DNA from: Flavobacterium sp.
Lineage (GTDB): Bacteria; Bacteroidota; Bacteroidia; Flavobacteriales; Flavobacteriaceae
Reading direction: 5' to 3'
NCBI RefSeq assembly: GCF_035760125.1
Contig: NZ_DASTTN010000028.1
Location: 1 to 52,652, forward strand
DNA: 52,652 bases
The stretch's first letter is position 1. Every line of letters starts with the position of its first letter. Below are positions 19,276 through 29,900 of this stretch, in pieces. A program made the position numbers and the translations under genes. The notes under the pieces were generated by a model. It made no database searches. It saw nothing but the letters and a program-made list of their open reading frames with translations, and was not told the origin of the DNA.

Positions 19276-20712
19276 TTACTTTATGATCCAAGTGTCTTTA
19301 CTCCCTCCTCCTTGCGAAGAGTTGACGACCAATGAACCTTCTGTCAATGCGACTCGAGTTAATCCTCCAGGCACAATCTCTACTCCATTGGGTCCACATA
19401 AAGCATACGGTCTTAGATCTACATGGCGTAATTTCAATTGGCCATCTATTAAACAGGGGACGGTGCTGAGTTGAATGATAGGTTGTGCGATAAAATTTCT
19501 GGGATTGGCCAAAATGGCTGTTTTACCATTTTCAAGTTCTTCTTGCGTAGCCTTATTTCCCATAATCATTCCATATCCCCCACTTCCGTTAGTTTCTTTG
19601 ATTACCATATTTTCCATATCGGCAAATACTAGTTCTCTTTCCTCTCTGTTTTCCATTTGGTATGTTGGAACATTTTTAAGTATTGGTTCTTCGTTAAGGT
19701 AATATTTTATCATATCTGGGACATAGGCATAGACCGCTTTGTCATCGGCAACGCCATTGCCAACAGCATTTACCAAGGCCACATTTCCATGACGGTAGGC
19801 ACTAATAAGTCCTGGTACGCCCAGTGTGCTTTCAGGTTTGAAAACCAACGGATCAAGATATTCATCGTCCAAACGGCGGTAAATAACATCCACTTGTTGT
19901 AATCCCGAAGTAGTTTTCATATAGACTTTATTGTTATTAACCACCAAGTCTCTTCCCTCCACAAGTGGAATTCCCATTTGTCTGGCTAAAAAAGTATGCT
20001 CATAATAAGCCGAATTATAGACTCCCGGTGTAAGTAAAACAACGTTGGGATTAGATACGTTTCGTGGGGATAACGAAACCAATATATTGTGAAATATCAT
20101 CGGATAACTTCCTACCATGCTTACTTTATTGGAGGTAAGCATATCTGGAAAAATTCGTTTGGTAATTTCACGGTTTTCCAACATGTAACTTACACCGCTG
20201 GGACATCGCAGGTTGTCTTCAAGTACGTAGAATTCTCCTTTTGCACCTCGGATTAAATCAATTCCGGCGATATGCACATGAATATTATGGGGTACTTTTA
20301 TCCCATGAACTTCTTGTATATAATGAGGACAAGACGCTACCAATGAAGCTGGGATTATACCATCTTTTATAATGTGTTGTCCATTATAAACATCTTCTAA
20401 AAATAAATTAAGGGCTTTTAATCTTTGTTTGATTCCGGTTTCCACTTCGCTCCATTCGGCTTTTGTGATGATTCTTGGAATGATGTCAAACGGAAAAATT
20501 CTTTCTATTCCTTGGTTATTGTCGCTATAAACTGTAAATGTTATACCTTGATTCATAAACAAGTCCGAAGCCTGAATCTGTTTGTCGTTTAGACTTTCAG
20601 GATTTAGATTTTGTAACGTTTGAAGGACCTGAGCGTAAGAATCTCTAACGCCTTCATTCGAGAACATTTCGTCCCACCCTTTTGGGTTTAGCTGTGGCAT
20701 CAATTTCATCAT
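19276..20712 (-). CDS. Circularly permuted type 2 ATP-grasp protein
   Basis: PFDIIPRII, VLEDNLRCPSGVSYMLENR, YRRLDD..LDP, GSGGYG, VVNSSQGGGSKDTW. Confidence 0.95.
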   Translation of the reverse strand: MMKLMPQLNPKGWDEMFSNEGVRDSYAQVLQTLQNLNPESLNDKQIQASDLFMNQGITFTVYSDNNQGIERIFPFDIIPRIITKAEWSEVETGIKQRLKALNLFLEDVYNGQHIIKDGIIPASLVASCPHYIQEVHGIKVPHNIHVHIAGIDLIRGAKGEFYVLEDNLRCPSGVSYMLENREITKRIFPDMLTSNKVSMVGSYPMIFHNILVSLSPRNVSNPNVVLLTPGVYNSAYYEHTFLARQMGIPLVEGRDLVVNNNKVYMKTTSGLQQVDVIYRRLDDEYLDPLVFKPESTLGVPGLISAYRHGNVALVNAVGNGVADDKAVYAYVPDMIKYYLNEEPILKNVPTYQMENREERELVFADMENMVIKETNGSGGYGMIMGNKATQEELENGKTAILANPRNFIAQPIIQLSTVPCLIDGQLKLRHVDLRPYALCGPNGVEIVPGGLTRVALTEGSLVVNSSQGGGSKDTWIIK

Positions 20713-21176
20713 ATTTCTCAGTATTAAATAATTAATATTCTGGTATAATATGGCTTTTTGGGCCGTGTTTAGGACTAAATTATTAAATTATTATCACTGA
20801 AATCGACATCGGTGTGATTATTTTATAATTTATGTCAATTTCTTTTTTAGCCAATCTTTTTTTGATAAATCTAATTTTTTTGTTTGGATTTTTTTTTGAT
20901 TTCGCATTCGCTAAATTGACTTTTGAGAACATAGCTATTTGATAGTGGGTATCTTGTAGTTTTGGCAGCGGTTTTTTTTTAGTGTTAGTTTTTGCAAAGA
21001 ATGGAGCAATCTCTTATAGTCCATCTTGGAGGTTAAGATAATAAGCTAAGATTTGGATTTTTTGGATAAAAGGAGTTGAGTTTAGAGTGCAAAAAAAGCC
21101 ATCATTTCTGATAGCTTTTTTAGGGCGGGACATAATGCGCTATATTTTTTGAATAAATTGATTTGACTATATTAAA

Positions 21177-22538
21177 TTAATTTCTTTCCAAAACCAAATA
21201 TCCCCAAGGAGTCAGCTGTAATTTATCTTTACCACTAAATTCATAATTTTTGGATGTAAACAATTCTGTGTATTTTCCTTTGTGGTATTCGTTTTCTAAA
21301 ATGACTTCTTTCGCCTGGTCGCTGAAATTAATGATTACAATTACGTTGTCTTTGCCTTTGGTTCTGGAGAATGAAATCACATTTGACATTTGGTTGTTTT
21401 TTATGCGAACCATTTTTCCTCCCCAATCGCCATTCCAAAGCGCTTGATTGCGGTGTTTCAATTCAAATAATTTTTTGAAAATAGCACCATTTTCATGTTC
21501 TTTCCAAGTTATGGGATCTTTGTCGAAAAAATTTAGAGAACGATCCAGCCCCGATTCTTGACCACTATACAACATAGGCATACCGTCAATGGTTCCTATT
21601 AGAACCATGGATGGTTTTAGTCCGTCGCCAAAGTTTTTAAACACATTGCCTTCCCATGAATTTTTATCATGATTGTCTAAAAAAGCCATTCGATAACCAG
21701 CTTCGGGAAAAATGCTCACGTGCTCTGCGATATATCCTTCGGTAAGACTTTGAATAGTCGTTTTTTGAGTGGTTATTTTATGTAGGCAATCCCATAAACT
21801 CCAGGCGTAAGTCATATCGAAAGCTTTTCGGTGTAAATCAAATGTTTCTGATTCGGCCAGCATAAATACCGGTTTTATCGCGTCGAGTTCTTTTCTTGCG
21901 TTTTCCCAGAAATCCAAAGGCATAAAACTTGCGACATCACAGCGGTAACCATCGATATTGGTTTCTTTAACCCAATATTTCAATGCATCGGTCATGTATT
22001 TTCGAATTCCAGGTTGTTGGTAATCAAAATCTATAATGTCATCGTAATCGCGCCAAGGTGTCGGTTCAAAATTCCCTGCTTCGTCCTTGATGTACCAATC
22101 GGGATGTTGTTTGACTAATGCATTGTCTGTAGCCGAATGATTGGCAACCCAATCCAAAATTACGTGCATTCCCATCGCATGAATTTTATCTACCAAGGCC
22201 TTCAAATCGGCTAAACTGCCGTATTCAGGATTCACGCCATAATAATCTTTCACGGCATAATAACTTCCCAAAGTTCCTTTTCGATTCTTTTCGCCAATGG
22301 GATGAATAGGCATGAGCCAAATAATATCTACGCCCAAAGCTTTTAATCTTGGCAAATGGGTTACAAAAGCTTTGAAAGTGCCTTCTGGAGTGAACTGTCG
22401 AATGTTTACTTCGTAGATTGTCGCATTTTTGCTCCATTCAGGATGTTGTAATTCGACATATTTTTTAGGTTGGTACACATCTTGTGAAAATCCCAGAAGC
22501 GAAATAAAAAACAAGGCTATAGACAAGTATAATTTCAT
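21177..22538 (-). CDS. GH13 alpha-amylase family protein, secreted
   Basis: DWVANH, DGYRCDVA, LAES and NHD catalytic motifs; signal peptide. Confidence 0.92.
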   Translation of the reverse strand: MKLYLSIALFFISLLGFSQDVYQPKKYVELQHPEWSKNATIYEVNIRQFTPEGTFKAFVTHLPRLKALGVDIIWLMPIHPIGEKNRKGTLGSYYAVKDYYGVNPEYGSLADLKALVDKIHAMGMHVILDWVANHSATDNALVKQHPDWYIKDEAGNFEPTPWRDYDDIIDFDYQQPGIRKYMTDALKYWVKETNIDGYRCDVASFMPLDFWENARKELDAIKPVFMLAESETFDLHRKAFDMTYAWSLWDCLHKITTQKTTIQSLTEGYIAEHVSIFPEAGYRMAFLDNHDKNSWEGNVFKNFGDGLKPSMVLIGTIDGMPMLYSGQESGLDRSLNFFDKDPITWKEHENGAIFKKLFELKHRNQALWNGDWGGKMVRIKNNQMSNVISFSRTKGKDNVIVIINFSDQAKEVILENEYHKGKYTELFTSKNYEFSGKDKLQLTPWGYLVLERN

Positions 22539-22559
22539 AGGGGTTTGATTTTTTAGAAA

Positions 22560-23915
22560 TTAATATTCGTAAACTTCATAACCCCAAGGTTTCATTTTCC
22601 ATTCTTTGGAGCTTAAAGTTTCTTCATTTCCTTTAAAAATATTATGTGCTTTTCCTGTCAAAGTAGCGTCTTTTATGGATATCGTCTGTTCGCTTGCAGA
22701 AAAATTAAGAATAACCAAAACTTTTTTACTTCCCTTCTCTCTTACATAGGCATAAATCGCTTTGTCGTCTCCCAAGTTTACTTTTTTGAAGGAGGCATTA
22801 GCGGAAAGGGCTTCGTTGTTTTTTCTTAGATTCAGCAATGTCTTGTAGAATTTCTCTCTTTGAAAATTTTTAAACGTCATGGGGTCTTTGTCGAAAAACT
22901 TCAATGCCCTTAAAATCGGTTCTTCTTGTCCGCTGTAAATTAGGGGGACACTGTTTTTCATAGTTTGTGTAAATATGGCAAAAGGCTCGTGAATAACCCC
23001 TGGAAAGGTTCCAAAATCGGCATGATTCCAACTGTTTTCATCATGATTACTTGTGAAATACATTTGAATCGTATTTTTGGGATATAAAGTTTCATTTTCG
23101 GTATTGATGCTGTCCAAGACAAGTGCTGATTTTTCACCTTTGGCTACTTTTTCCATCATTTTAAACATGTGCCAAGGGTAAACCGCATCGAAGCCACTTT
23201 TAGGAAGATAAGTGCTGTCTCCTTCGGCAAGCATAAAGACATTCTTCATTTTTTTTAATTCCGGAATCGATTTACGCCAAAAAGAAGCTGGAACGTTCCA
23301 GGCAACATCACATCGGAATCCATCAATATCAGTGTCTTCAATCCAGTATTTCATCGCGCGAACCATACTGTCTTGCAATACTTGATTCTTGTAATTTAAT
23401 TGTCTCGTATCGTTCCAGTCAAATGCGACTGCCGGTTTTCCAGAGCTGTCTTTTACAAAAAAGTCGGGATGTTGTGTAATCCATCGATGGTCAGCGCCGG
23501 TGTGATTTGGTACCCAATCAATTAATACTTTCATTCCTTTATCGTGTATGGATTGTACCAATTTCTTAAAGTCATCCATTGTTCCAAATTCAGGGTTAAT
23601 TGCGGTATAATCTGAAACGGCATAATAGCTTCCCAAAGAGCCTTTTCTGTCCAATTTACTAATAGGGTTAATAGGCATGAACCAAATCGTTTGGACTCCC
23701 ATTGCTTTTAATCGGTCAAGGTGTTTTGCAAATGCATTAAAAGTTCCTTCGGGTGTGTATTGACGAACGTTGACCTCATAAATATTGCCTTGCATTATCC
23801 AAGCGGGATGACCATCGATTTGATTGTTGTCGTTATTTGATAATTTGTTGTTTTGACAGCATATCAAAGAAAAAATCAATGCTATAAACACGAAAGGAAT
23901 AGAGAGTCTTTTCAT
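22560..23915 (-). CDS. GH13 alpha-amylase family lipoprotein, paralog of its neighbour
   Basis: DWVPNH, DGFRCDVA, LAEG, NHDENS; lipobox-like SLICC. Confidence 0.92.
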   Translation of the reverse strand: MKRLSIPFVFIALIFSLICCQNNKLSNNDNNQIDGHPAWIMQGNIYEVNVRQYTPEGTFNAFAKHLDRLKAMGVQTIWFMPINPISKLDRKGSLGSYYAVSDYTAINPEFGTMDDFKKLVQSIHDKGMKVLIDWVPNHTGADHRWITQHPDFFVKDSSGKPAVAFDWNDTRQLNYKNQVLQDSMVRAMKYWIEDTDIDGFRCDVAWNVPASFWRKSIPELKKMKNVFMLAEGDSTYLPKSGFDAVYPWHMFKMMEKVAKGEKSALVLDSINTENETLYPKNTIQMYFTSNHDENSWNHADFGTFPGVIHEPFAIFTQTMKNSVPLIYSGQEEPILRALKFFDKDPMTFKNFQREKFYKTLLNLRKNNEALSANASFKKVNLGDDKAIYAYVREKGSKKVLVILNFSASEQTISIKDATLTGKAHNIFKGNEETLSSKEWKMKPWGYEVYEY

Positions 23916-24170
23916 AACGGAGAAAATTAATGATTCAAATAAGTTTACATTTTGAAGTGCTTTAGTTTATGAAAATATTGAAAAACGTTTTTCTATAAAT
24001 TGCACAAACTAGTTGAGTACCAATTTAGTAATTTATTAAACAAACTTCAAATGAAAGTAGTATTAATATCTTAATCATTAAGTTGTTTCGATGTTGAGGA
24101 CATAAGATTTTCCAGAAAGAAATTCTAATTTGTATCCATAACAAGGTGTTGTGGAGTTTATTTATAATTT

Positions 24171-24259
24171 GGGCATGACCACAAGGGTCGGGCTGTCCAT
24201 TATATCTTTTCTTTTTCTAAAGGAGGAAAAGAAAAGGATGCCATTTCCATCCCTCATGC
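24171..24259 (+). repeat. Palindromic intergenic repeat, type B
   Basis: GGGCATGACC..GGGTCGGGCTGTCC...GGATGCCATTTCCATCCCTCATGC. Confidence 0.8.
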
Positions 24260-24329
24260 AATTTCGTTTTCATAACGAGCTTTTGAATAATTCTTAAATA
24301 TTGAAGAGGTTTTAAAAAGAATTGTAAAT

Positions 24330-24363
24330 AAAAAAAAAGACCATCATTACTGATAGTCTTTTT
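24330..24363 (-). terminator. Terminator after the tRNA-Asn pair
   Basis: AAAAAGACCATCA-TTAC-TGATAGTCTTTTT hairpin with a U-tract on the minus strand. Confidence 0.75.
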
Positions 24364-24369
24364 ATTAAG

Positions 24370-24443
24370 CTCCCCCTCTTGGGCTCGAACCAAGGACCCT
24401 CTGATTAACAGTCAGATGCTCTAACCAACTGAGCTAAGGAGGA
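24370..24443 (-). tRNA. tRNA-Asn (GTT), copy 1
   Basis: TCCTCCTTAGCTCAGTTGGTTAGAGC, anticodon arm TCTGACTGTTAATCAGA, GGTTCGAG T-loop; CCA not encoded. Confidence 0.97.
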
Positions 24444-24482
24444 ATCACCTTAAAGGTAAATATGTTTGCTAAAAAAAGTTTG

Positions 24483-24556
24483 CTCCCCCTCTTGGGCTCG
24501 AACCAAGGACCCTCTGATTAACAGTCAGATGCTCTAACCAACTGAGCTAAGGAGGA
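24483..24556 (-). tRNA. tRNA-Asn (GTT), copy 2
   Basis: Identical to copy 1; minus-strand TATATTTG promoter element at 24581-24588. Confidence 0.97.
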
Positions 24557-24638
24557 AGTTGTTGCTCTTTTTAGCGAGTGCAAATATAGGATTAAATTTA
24601 AATGTAGCAAACAAAAAAAGCAAAAATAACATTCTTTT

Positions 24639-25982
24639 TTATTTGCCTACAATCGCTTTATAAATATCGTTTCCATTAGCAAAAAGCAATAGGCTGATAA
24701 GTAATACAAAACCAACCATTTGGGCATTCTCCAAGAATTTGTCACTTGGTTTTTTACCGCTCACGATTTCAAACAATAAAAACATTACGTGACCTCCATC
24801 TAGTGCCGGAATAGGCAATAAGTTCATAACTCCAAGCATAATGGATAATATTGCTGTGATGCTCCAGAAAACTTCCCAGCTCCAAGAACTTGGGAAAATG
24901 TCAAATATGGCTTTAAAACCACCTACTTGTTTGTAAGCTTTAGTCTCTGGATTGAAAATCATTTTTAATTGTTTTCCATATCCCACCAATTGGTCTTTCC
25001 CTTTTTCAATTCCAAAAGGAATCGATTCCATGAAACTGTATTTTTGATGAGTAATTTTGTAATAACCTAATTTTTCTAAAGATTCAAGACCCAAACCACC
25101 AAGTTGAACGCCTAATTTACCTTCATTGTTTACTTTTACGTTTACAGCTACTTGTTTCTGATCTCTCAAAACTAATGCTGTAATGGTTTTGTTTTTGTTG
25201 TTTTCTAAAATTACTTTGGCTTGATCAAGATATTTTGTTGTTTGCCCATTTAGAGACAAAAGAATATCCTTTACTTTAAGGTCTTTGTTTAAAGATTCGT
25301 CAGGTACGTTTCCGATAACGAATGGGATTCTGATAGTAGCTAATGGAGCTTTCTCGAATTTTGACAATTGATCCACAAAATCATTTGGCATTTTAATTGT
25401 TTCTTGCACGCCATTTCGTTCAATAACCACTTGTTTAGCCAAAATAACTTTAGAGCTTATTTCTTTGTCAAAACGTACAATTTTTTCACCATCAACAGCT
25501 ACTATTTTATCGCCAGATTTGAATCCGGCATTAATCATTGCTTGATTTTCGATCAAAAGACCGTCTTTCATATCGGCATTTGCAATATAGGAATCTCCAT
25601 AAGCATAAGCCATACCTATATATATGATGAAAGCAAGTATAAAGTTGACTGTTACACCACCTAACATTATAATCAAACGTTGCCAAGCCGGTTTGGATCT
25701 AAATTCCCATGGTTGTGGAGGCAGAGCCATTTGTTCCTTGTCCATGCTTTCGTCAATCATACCGGATATTTTCACGTAACCGCCAAGAGGCAGCCAACCA
25801 ATTCCGTATTCGGTTTCGCCAATTTTCTTTTTTAGAAGGGAATATTTAACGTCAAAAAATAAATAAAATTTCTCGACTCTGGTTTTGAATAATTTTGCAG
25901 GAATGAAATGCCCTAATTCGTGAAGTATAATAAGTAATGATAAGCTCAATAAAAATTGAGAAAGCTTGATAACTATTTCCAT
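24639..25982 (-). CDS. rseP: RIP metalloprotease RseP
   Basis: HELGH, PLGGYVKI, PDZ region, NLLPIPALDGG. Confidence 0.96.
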   Translation of the reverse strand: MEIVIKLSQFLLSLSLLIILHELGHFIPAKLFKTRVEKFYLFFDVKYSLLKKKIGETEYGIGWLPLGGYVKISGMIDESMDKEQMALPPQPWEFRSKPAWQRLIIMLGGVTVNFILAFIIYIGMAYAYGDSYIANADMKDGLLIENQAMINAGFKSGDKIVAVDGEKIVRFDKEISSKVILAKQVVIERNGVQETIKMPNDFVDQLSKFEKAPLATIRIPFVIGNVPDESLNKDLKVKDILLSLNGQTTKYLDQAKVILENNKNKTITALVLRDQKQVAVNVKVNNEGKLGVQLGGLGLESLEKLGYYKITHQKYSFMESIPFGIEKGKDQLVGYGKQLKMIFNPETKAYKQVGGFKAIFDIFPSSWSWEVFWSITAILSIMLGVMNLLPIPALDGGHVMFLLFEIVSGKKPSDKFLENAQMVGFVLLISLLLFANGNDIYKAIVGK

Positions 25983-26182
25983 TTTTTAATTTTCGGTTCT
26001 TTAATGACGGACAAAAGTACTATTTTCTATTTTATTATTTGCGCTATATTTTTTTGGATCGTTTTAAATGTTTGTTAATTAATGCATTTTTCATTTTTAT
26101 TTTAAAGTTAGTGCAATAACTTTACTACATAAAAATCTTGTTTTAATGCAATTTGGCTTAAAACATTAATACACTTGTATTT

Positions 26183-27253
26183 ATGTCTTCACAATTATTT
26201 TCTCCATTACAAATAAAAAGCATCACACTCAAAAACAGAATTACAATTTCACCCATGTGCCAATATTCGGCGGAAGATGGTTTTGCCAATGATTGGCATT
26301 TGGTACACCTTGGAAGTCGAGCTACGGGTGGTTCGGGTTTAGTTATTCAGGAAGCTACAGCTGTTTCTCCAGAAGGAAGAATTTCTCCTAGTGATTTAGG
26401 TATTTGGAGCGATGATCACATCAAAAAATTGCAGTCTATCACCAAGTTTATCATTAGCCAGGATTCAGTTCCGGGAATACAATTGGCTCATGCAGGTCGA
26501 AAAGCCAGTGTTTCGTCTCCTTGGTATGGCAATAAAAAATTAGCTCAAAATCAAGGCGGGTGGGAAACTGTTGCGCCAAGTGCAATTGCCTATCATGATA
26601 ATGAACAAACCCCAACAGCATTAGATAAAGCAGGAATTCAAAAAGTAATTGCCGATTTTAAATTGGCAACTAGAAGAGCTGAGAAAGCAGGATATCAAGT
26701 ACTTGAAATTCATGCAGCACACGGTTATTTATTGCATCAATTTTTGTCTCCTTTATCTAATGCCAGAACGGATGAGTATGGTGGTTCTTTTGAAAACCGT
26801 ATACGATTGCTTTTAGAAGTGCTACAAGCGGTTCAGTCAGAATGGTCCAAAGAGTTTCCTTTAATGGTAAGAATCTCTGCTACAGATTGGGCTGACAGTG
26901 GTTGGAATGCTGAAGAATCAGTGCAACTTTCTAAAATTCTAAAAGAGAAAGGAGTCGATTTAATTGATGTTTCTTCAGGCGGATTGGTGTCTCATCAGCA
27001 AATTCCTTTGGGTCCTAATTATCAGGTTCATTTTGCTGAAAAAATTAAAAAAGAAACGGGAATTTTGACTGGAGCTGTTGGTTTGATTACTAGTTCACAA
27101 CAGGCCGAAGCTATTGTAGCGAGCGGTAAAGCCGATCTTGTTTTGTTTGCCAGAGAGTCATTGAGAAACCCAAATTTAGGTTTGACTTTTGCTCAAGAAT
27201 TGGGAGTTGATGTTCAATGGCCAAAGCAATATGACAGAGCTAAAATGAGATAG
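26183..27253 (+). CDS. NADH:flavin oxidoreductase / old yellow enzyme (YqjM/NamA-like)
   Basis: SPMCQYS, GIQLAHAGRKA, EIHAAHGYLLHQFLSP, RTDEYGGSFENR. Confidence 0.93.
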   Translation: MSSQLFSPLQIKSITLKNRITISPMCQYSAEDGFANDWHLVHLGSRATGGSGLVIQEATAVSPEGRISPSDLGIWSDDHIKKLQSITKFIISQDSVPGIQLAHAGRKASVSSPWYGNKKLAQNQGGWETVAPSAIAYHDNEQTPTALDKAGIQKVIADFKLATRRAEKAGYQVLEIHAAHGYLLHQFLSPLSNARTDEYGGSFENRIRLLLEVLQAVQSEWSKEFPLMVRISATDWADSGWNAEESVQLSKILKEKGVDLIDVSSGGLVSHQQIPLGPNYQVHFAEKIKKETGILTGAVGLITSSQQAEAIVASGKADLVLFARESLRNPNLGLTFAQELGVDVQWPKQYDRAKMR

Positions 27254-27326
27254 GACTCTTTCTTAATGACTTTTTTACAAACTCTTTTTGAGACTTGTAA
27301 GCATTAAATTTAAAAAATAATAAAAC

Positions 27327-28367
27327 ATGCAAAAAATAAAAACCGCATTATTATCCTATGGAATGTCTGGAAAAGTTTTCCACGCTCCTTTTTTGGATTT
27401 TCATCAAGGATTTGAATTGGTTGGTTCTTGGGAAAGAAGCAAGCAATTAATTCAATTGGATTATCCAAATGTAAAAAGTTATGCAACTATTGAAGAATTG
27501 CTTCAGGATGATATTGATTTGGTAATTGTAAATACGCCGGTCGGAACTCATTTTGAATATGCTAAGCAAGTTTTGCTTGCAGGAAAGCATGCTGTGGTAG
27601 AAAAGGCTTTTACCACTACTGTTGCCGAAGCTCAGGAATTAGTGAATTTGTCCAAAGAAAAAGGATTGAAGCTTTCGGTTTTTCAGAATCGAAGATGGGA
27701 CAGCGACCTTAAAACAGTACAAAAGGTTGTTTCCGATAAAGTGTTGGGAGAATTAGTGGAAGCCGAATTTCATTTTGATCGTTATAATCCGTTGTTGAGT
27801 CCAAAAGGGCATAAAGAAACTGCCAATTCTGGTGCTGGAATTCTAAAGGATTTAGGGCCGCATTTAATTGATCAAGCATTGTTTTTATTTGGGTTTCCCC
27901 AAAGTGTTTTTGCTGATATTCGTGTGACTCGTGAACATTCATTGGTAGATGATTGGATTGATATTTTGCTTTATTATTCGAATTTTAGAGTGCGTTTGAA
28001 AGCTGGTTTTTTTGTTAGGGAAGCCAATCCTGCCTATGTTATTCACGGAAAAAAAGGTTCTTTTCTGAAACCTCGAGGCGATGTGCAAGAAGATGAGTTG
28101 AAACTAGGAAAGAAACCAAATCTTACTACTTGGGGGAAAGAAGCTCCTGGTTATGAAGGATTGTTGCATACAGTGATCGATGATAAAATTATTAAAGAGA
28201 AAATCCCAACATTGCAGGGCAATTATTATGATTTTTTTGAAGGTGTTTATCAATCAATTATTAATGATGCCAAAGAACCGGTTACGGCTAAAGAAGGATT
28301 GCAGGTGATGCAAATTATTGAAGCTGCTTTAGAAAGTAATAATCTAGGAAAAGTTATTATGTTGTAA
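27327..28367 (+). CDS. Gfo/Idh/MocA family oxidoreductase
   Basis: YGMSGKVFHAP, VVEKAF, FQNRRWD, DLGPHLIDQ. Confidence 0.92.
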   Translation: MQKIKTALLSYGMSGKVFHAPFLDFHQGFELVGSWERSKQLIQLDYPNVKSYATIEELLQDDIDLVIVNTPVGTHFEYAKQVLLAGKHAVVEKAFTTTVAEAQELVNLSKEKGLKLSVFQNRRWDSDLKTVQKVVSDKVLGELVEAEFHFDRYNPLLSPKGHKETANSGAGILKDLGPHLIDQALFLFGFPQSVFADIRVTREHSLVDDWIDILLYYSNFRVRLKAGFFVREANPAYVIHGKKGSFLKPRGDVQEDELKLGKKPNLTTWGKEAPGYEGLLHTVIDDKIIKEKIPTLQGNYYDFFEGVYQSIINDAKEPVTAKEGLQVMQIIEAALESNNLGKVIML

Positions 28368-28407
28368 AAAATGATGTTTTTAACACTCAATATCTTGGTT
28401 TACGCTT

Positions 28408-28553
28408 GGGTGAGGGATAGGAGCTAGCTACCGAAGTAGCGCGGATAGCCCGACAGCATTAGGGAAAGGGACCGACTAAGCGATATGCTGAGTTGGTCCC
28501 TTTTTCTAATGGTGGCACCTCCACACGAGCTTTTGCGAACTGACGAAGTAAAT
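28408..28553 (-). repeat. Composite type B repeat, inverted, with long internal hairpin and accessory module
   Basis: GGGTGAGGGAT..GGATAGCCCGAC; hairpin at 28457-28511; 28521-28553 matches the reverse complement of 18505-18537 at 32/33 positions. Confidence 0.8.
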
Positions 28554-28688
28554 GTTTCTTATTTTGAGGGGATTATTTGCTGTTTTTTCTAACAATAACG
28601 TTATAATTTATTGTTGAGGAGGGGTTTGTGTCTTTGGATTGTTTCTTTTCGTACTTTTGACACAAAGGATTCCCAAAAAACAATTATT

Positions 28689-29900
28689 TTGATAGATTTA
28701 AACTTTTTAGGTCGATTTAAGGCCAAGGGCAAATACAAGAAAAACTATCGAGATGCTAAAGCGTCTTATTTGGTTCGAATTCGATGGGCGGTATCAATGT
28801 TTTATTTTGCTATGGGGTTGTGTTTTGCTACATGGGCAAGTCGTATTCCAACGATAAAATCAGCATTGAACTTAAGCGATGGTCAGTTAGGAAGTATTCT
28901 TTTTGCCTTGCCTGTAGGACAATTAACGATGATGTATTTTTCGGGTAAATTGGTTACGCGTTATGGGAGCCATCGGATTTTGCCTTTTGCGATTATAATG
29001 TATGCGGTGAGTTTAACAAATTTGGGACTGGCTCAAAACGCATGGCAATTGGCTCTTGGATTATATGCTTTCGGAATCTTTGGTAACCTCACTAATATTT
29101 CTGTAAACACCCAAGGCGTTTATACAGAAGGACTTTTTAGAAGAACTATTATGTCTTCATTCCACGGGATGTGGAGTTTGGCCGGATTTACAGGTGCATT
29201 GGTAGGATTGGGAATGTTGGCATTACAACTCAGTACGTATACCCATTTCCTAATCGTTGCTTTTATTGCATTTTTGTTGATTGCATTAAATTTTAAATTT
29301 TTGATTAAGGCCAAAGAACCCATTAAAACAGAGAAGAAAAAAGGATTTAGTAAACCAGATGCCACTTTAGTTTCACTTGGAATTATTGGATTTTGTAGTA
29401 TGGCCAGTGAAGGAATTATGTTTGATTGGAGTGGTGTTTTTTTTAAAGACATAGTCAAAGCACCAGGAGCTTTAATAATTTTAGGCTACACTTCATTTAT
29501 GATTATGATGGCAAGTGGTCGTTTTTTTGGAGATAAATTGATTAATAGATTTGGACGAAAAACAGTAATGAAAATTAGTGGAATTATGATTTCATCTGGT
29601 TTCTTCACAGCGGTTGCGTTTCCTTATATAATCCCTTCCGCAATTGCTTTTATGGTTATTGGTTTGGGAGTTTCTACAGTTGTACCTACTTTATATAGTA
29701 TTGCAGGTAAACACCCAACAATCCCTACCGGCGAAGCTTTGACCACTGTTTCAAGTGTTAGTTTCCTTGGTTTTTTGATGGGACCGCCCGTTATAGGCTA
29801 CATTGCCGAACTTTTTAGTTTGCGATTCTCATTCGCCTTTATTGGAATTTTCGGTTTTTTCATCGCTTTTATGGTTAGCCGAATTAAGGCTATTGATTAG
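28689..29900 (+). CDS. MFS transporter
   Basis: About 12 hydrophobic segments, WASRIP, GRFFGDKLINRFG; start moved to TTG 28689 because TACTTTTG lies at 28652-28659 (start uncertain). Confidence 0.88.
   Translation: MIDLNFLGRFKAKGKYKKNYRDAKASYLVRIRWAVSMFYFAMGLCFATWASRIPTIKSALNLSDGQLGSILFALPVGQLTMMYFSGKLVTRYGSHRILPFAIIMYAVSLTNLGLAQNAWQLALGLYAFGIFGNLTNISVNTQGVYTEGLFRRTIMSSFHGMWSLAGFTGALVGLGMLALQLSTYTHFLIVAFIAFLLIALNFKFLIKAKEPIKTEKKKGFSKPDATLVSLGIIGFCSMASEGIMFDWSGVFFKDIVKAPGALIILGYTSFMIMMASGRFFGDKLINRFGRKTVMKISGIMISSGFFTAVAFPYIIPSAIAFMVIGLGVSTVVPTLYSIAGKHPTIPTGEALTTVSSVSFLGFLMGPPVIGYIAELFSLRFSFAFIGIFGFFIAFMVSRIKAID

Noticed and set aside
20713-21090. Long T-rich intergenic stretch upstream of the ATP-grasp operon
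   Set aside because: No convincing ORF, repeat or stable structure found by eye.
24370-24556. Prophage or integrative element at the tRNA-Asn pair
   Set aside because: No integrase, phage gene or separate tRNA 3'-end duplication seen; both copies are complete tRNAs.
28408-28553. Riboswitch upstream of the MFS transporter
   Set aside because: The structure is an inverted copy of the interspersed repeat and lies upstream of the apparent MFS promoter at 28652.
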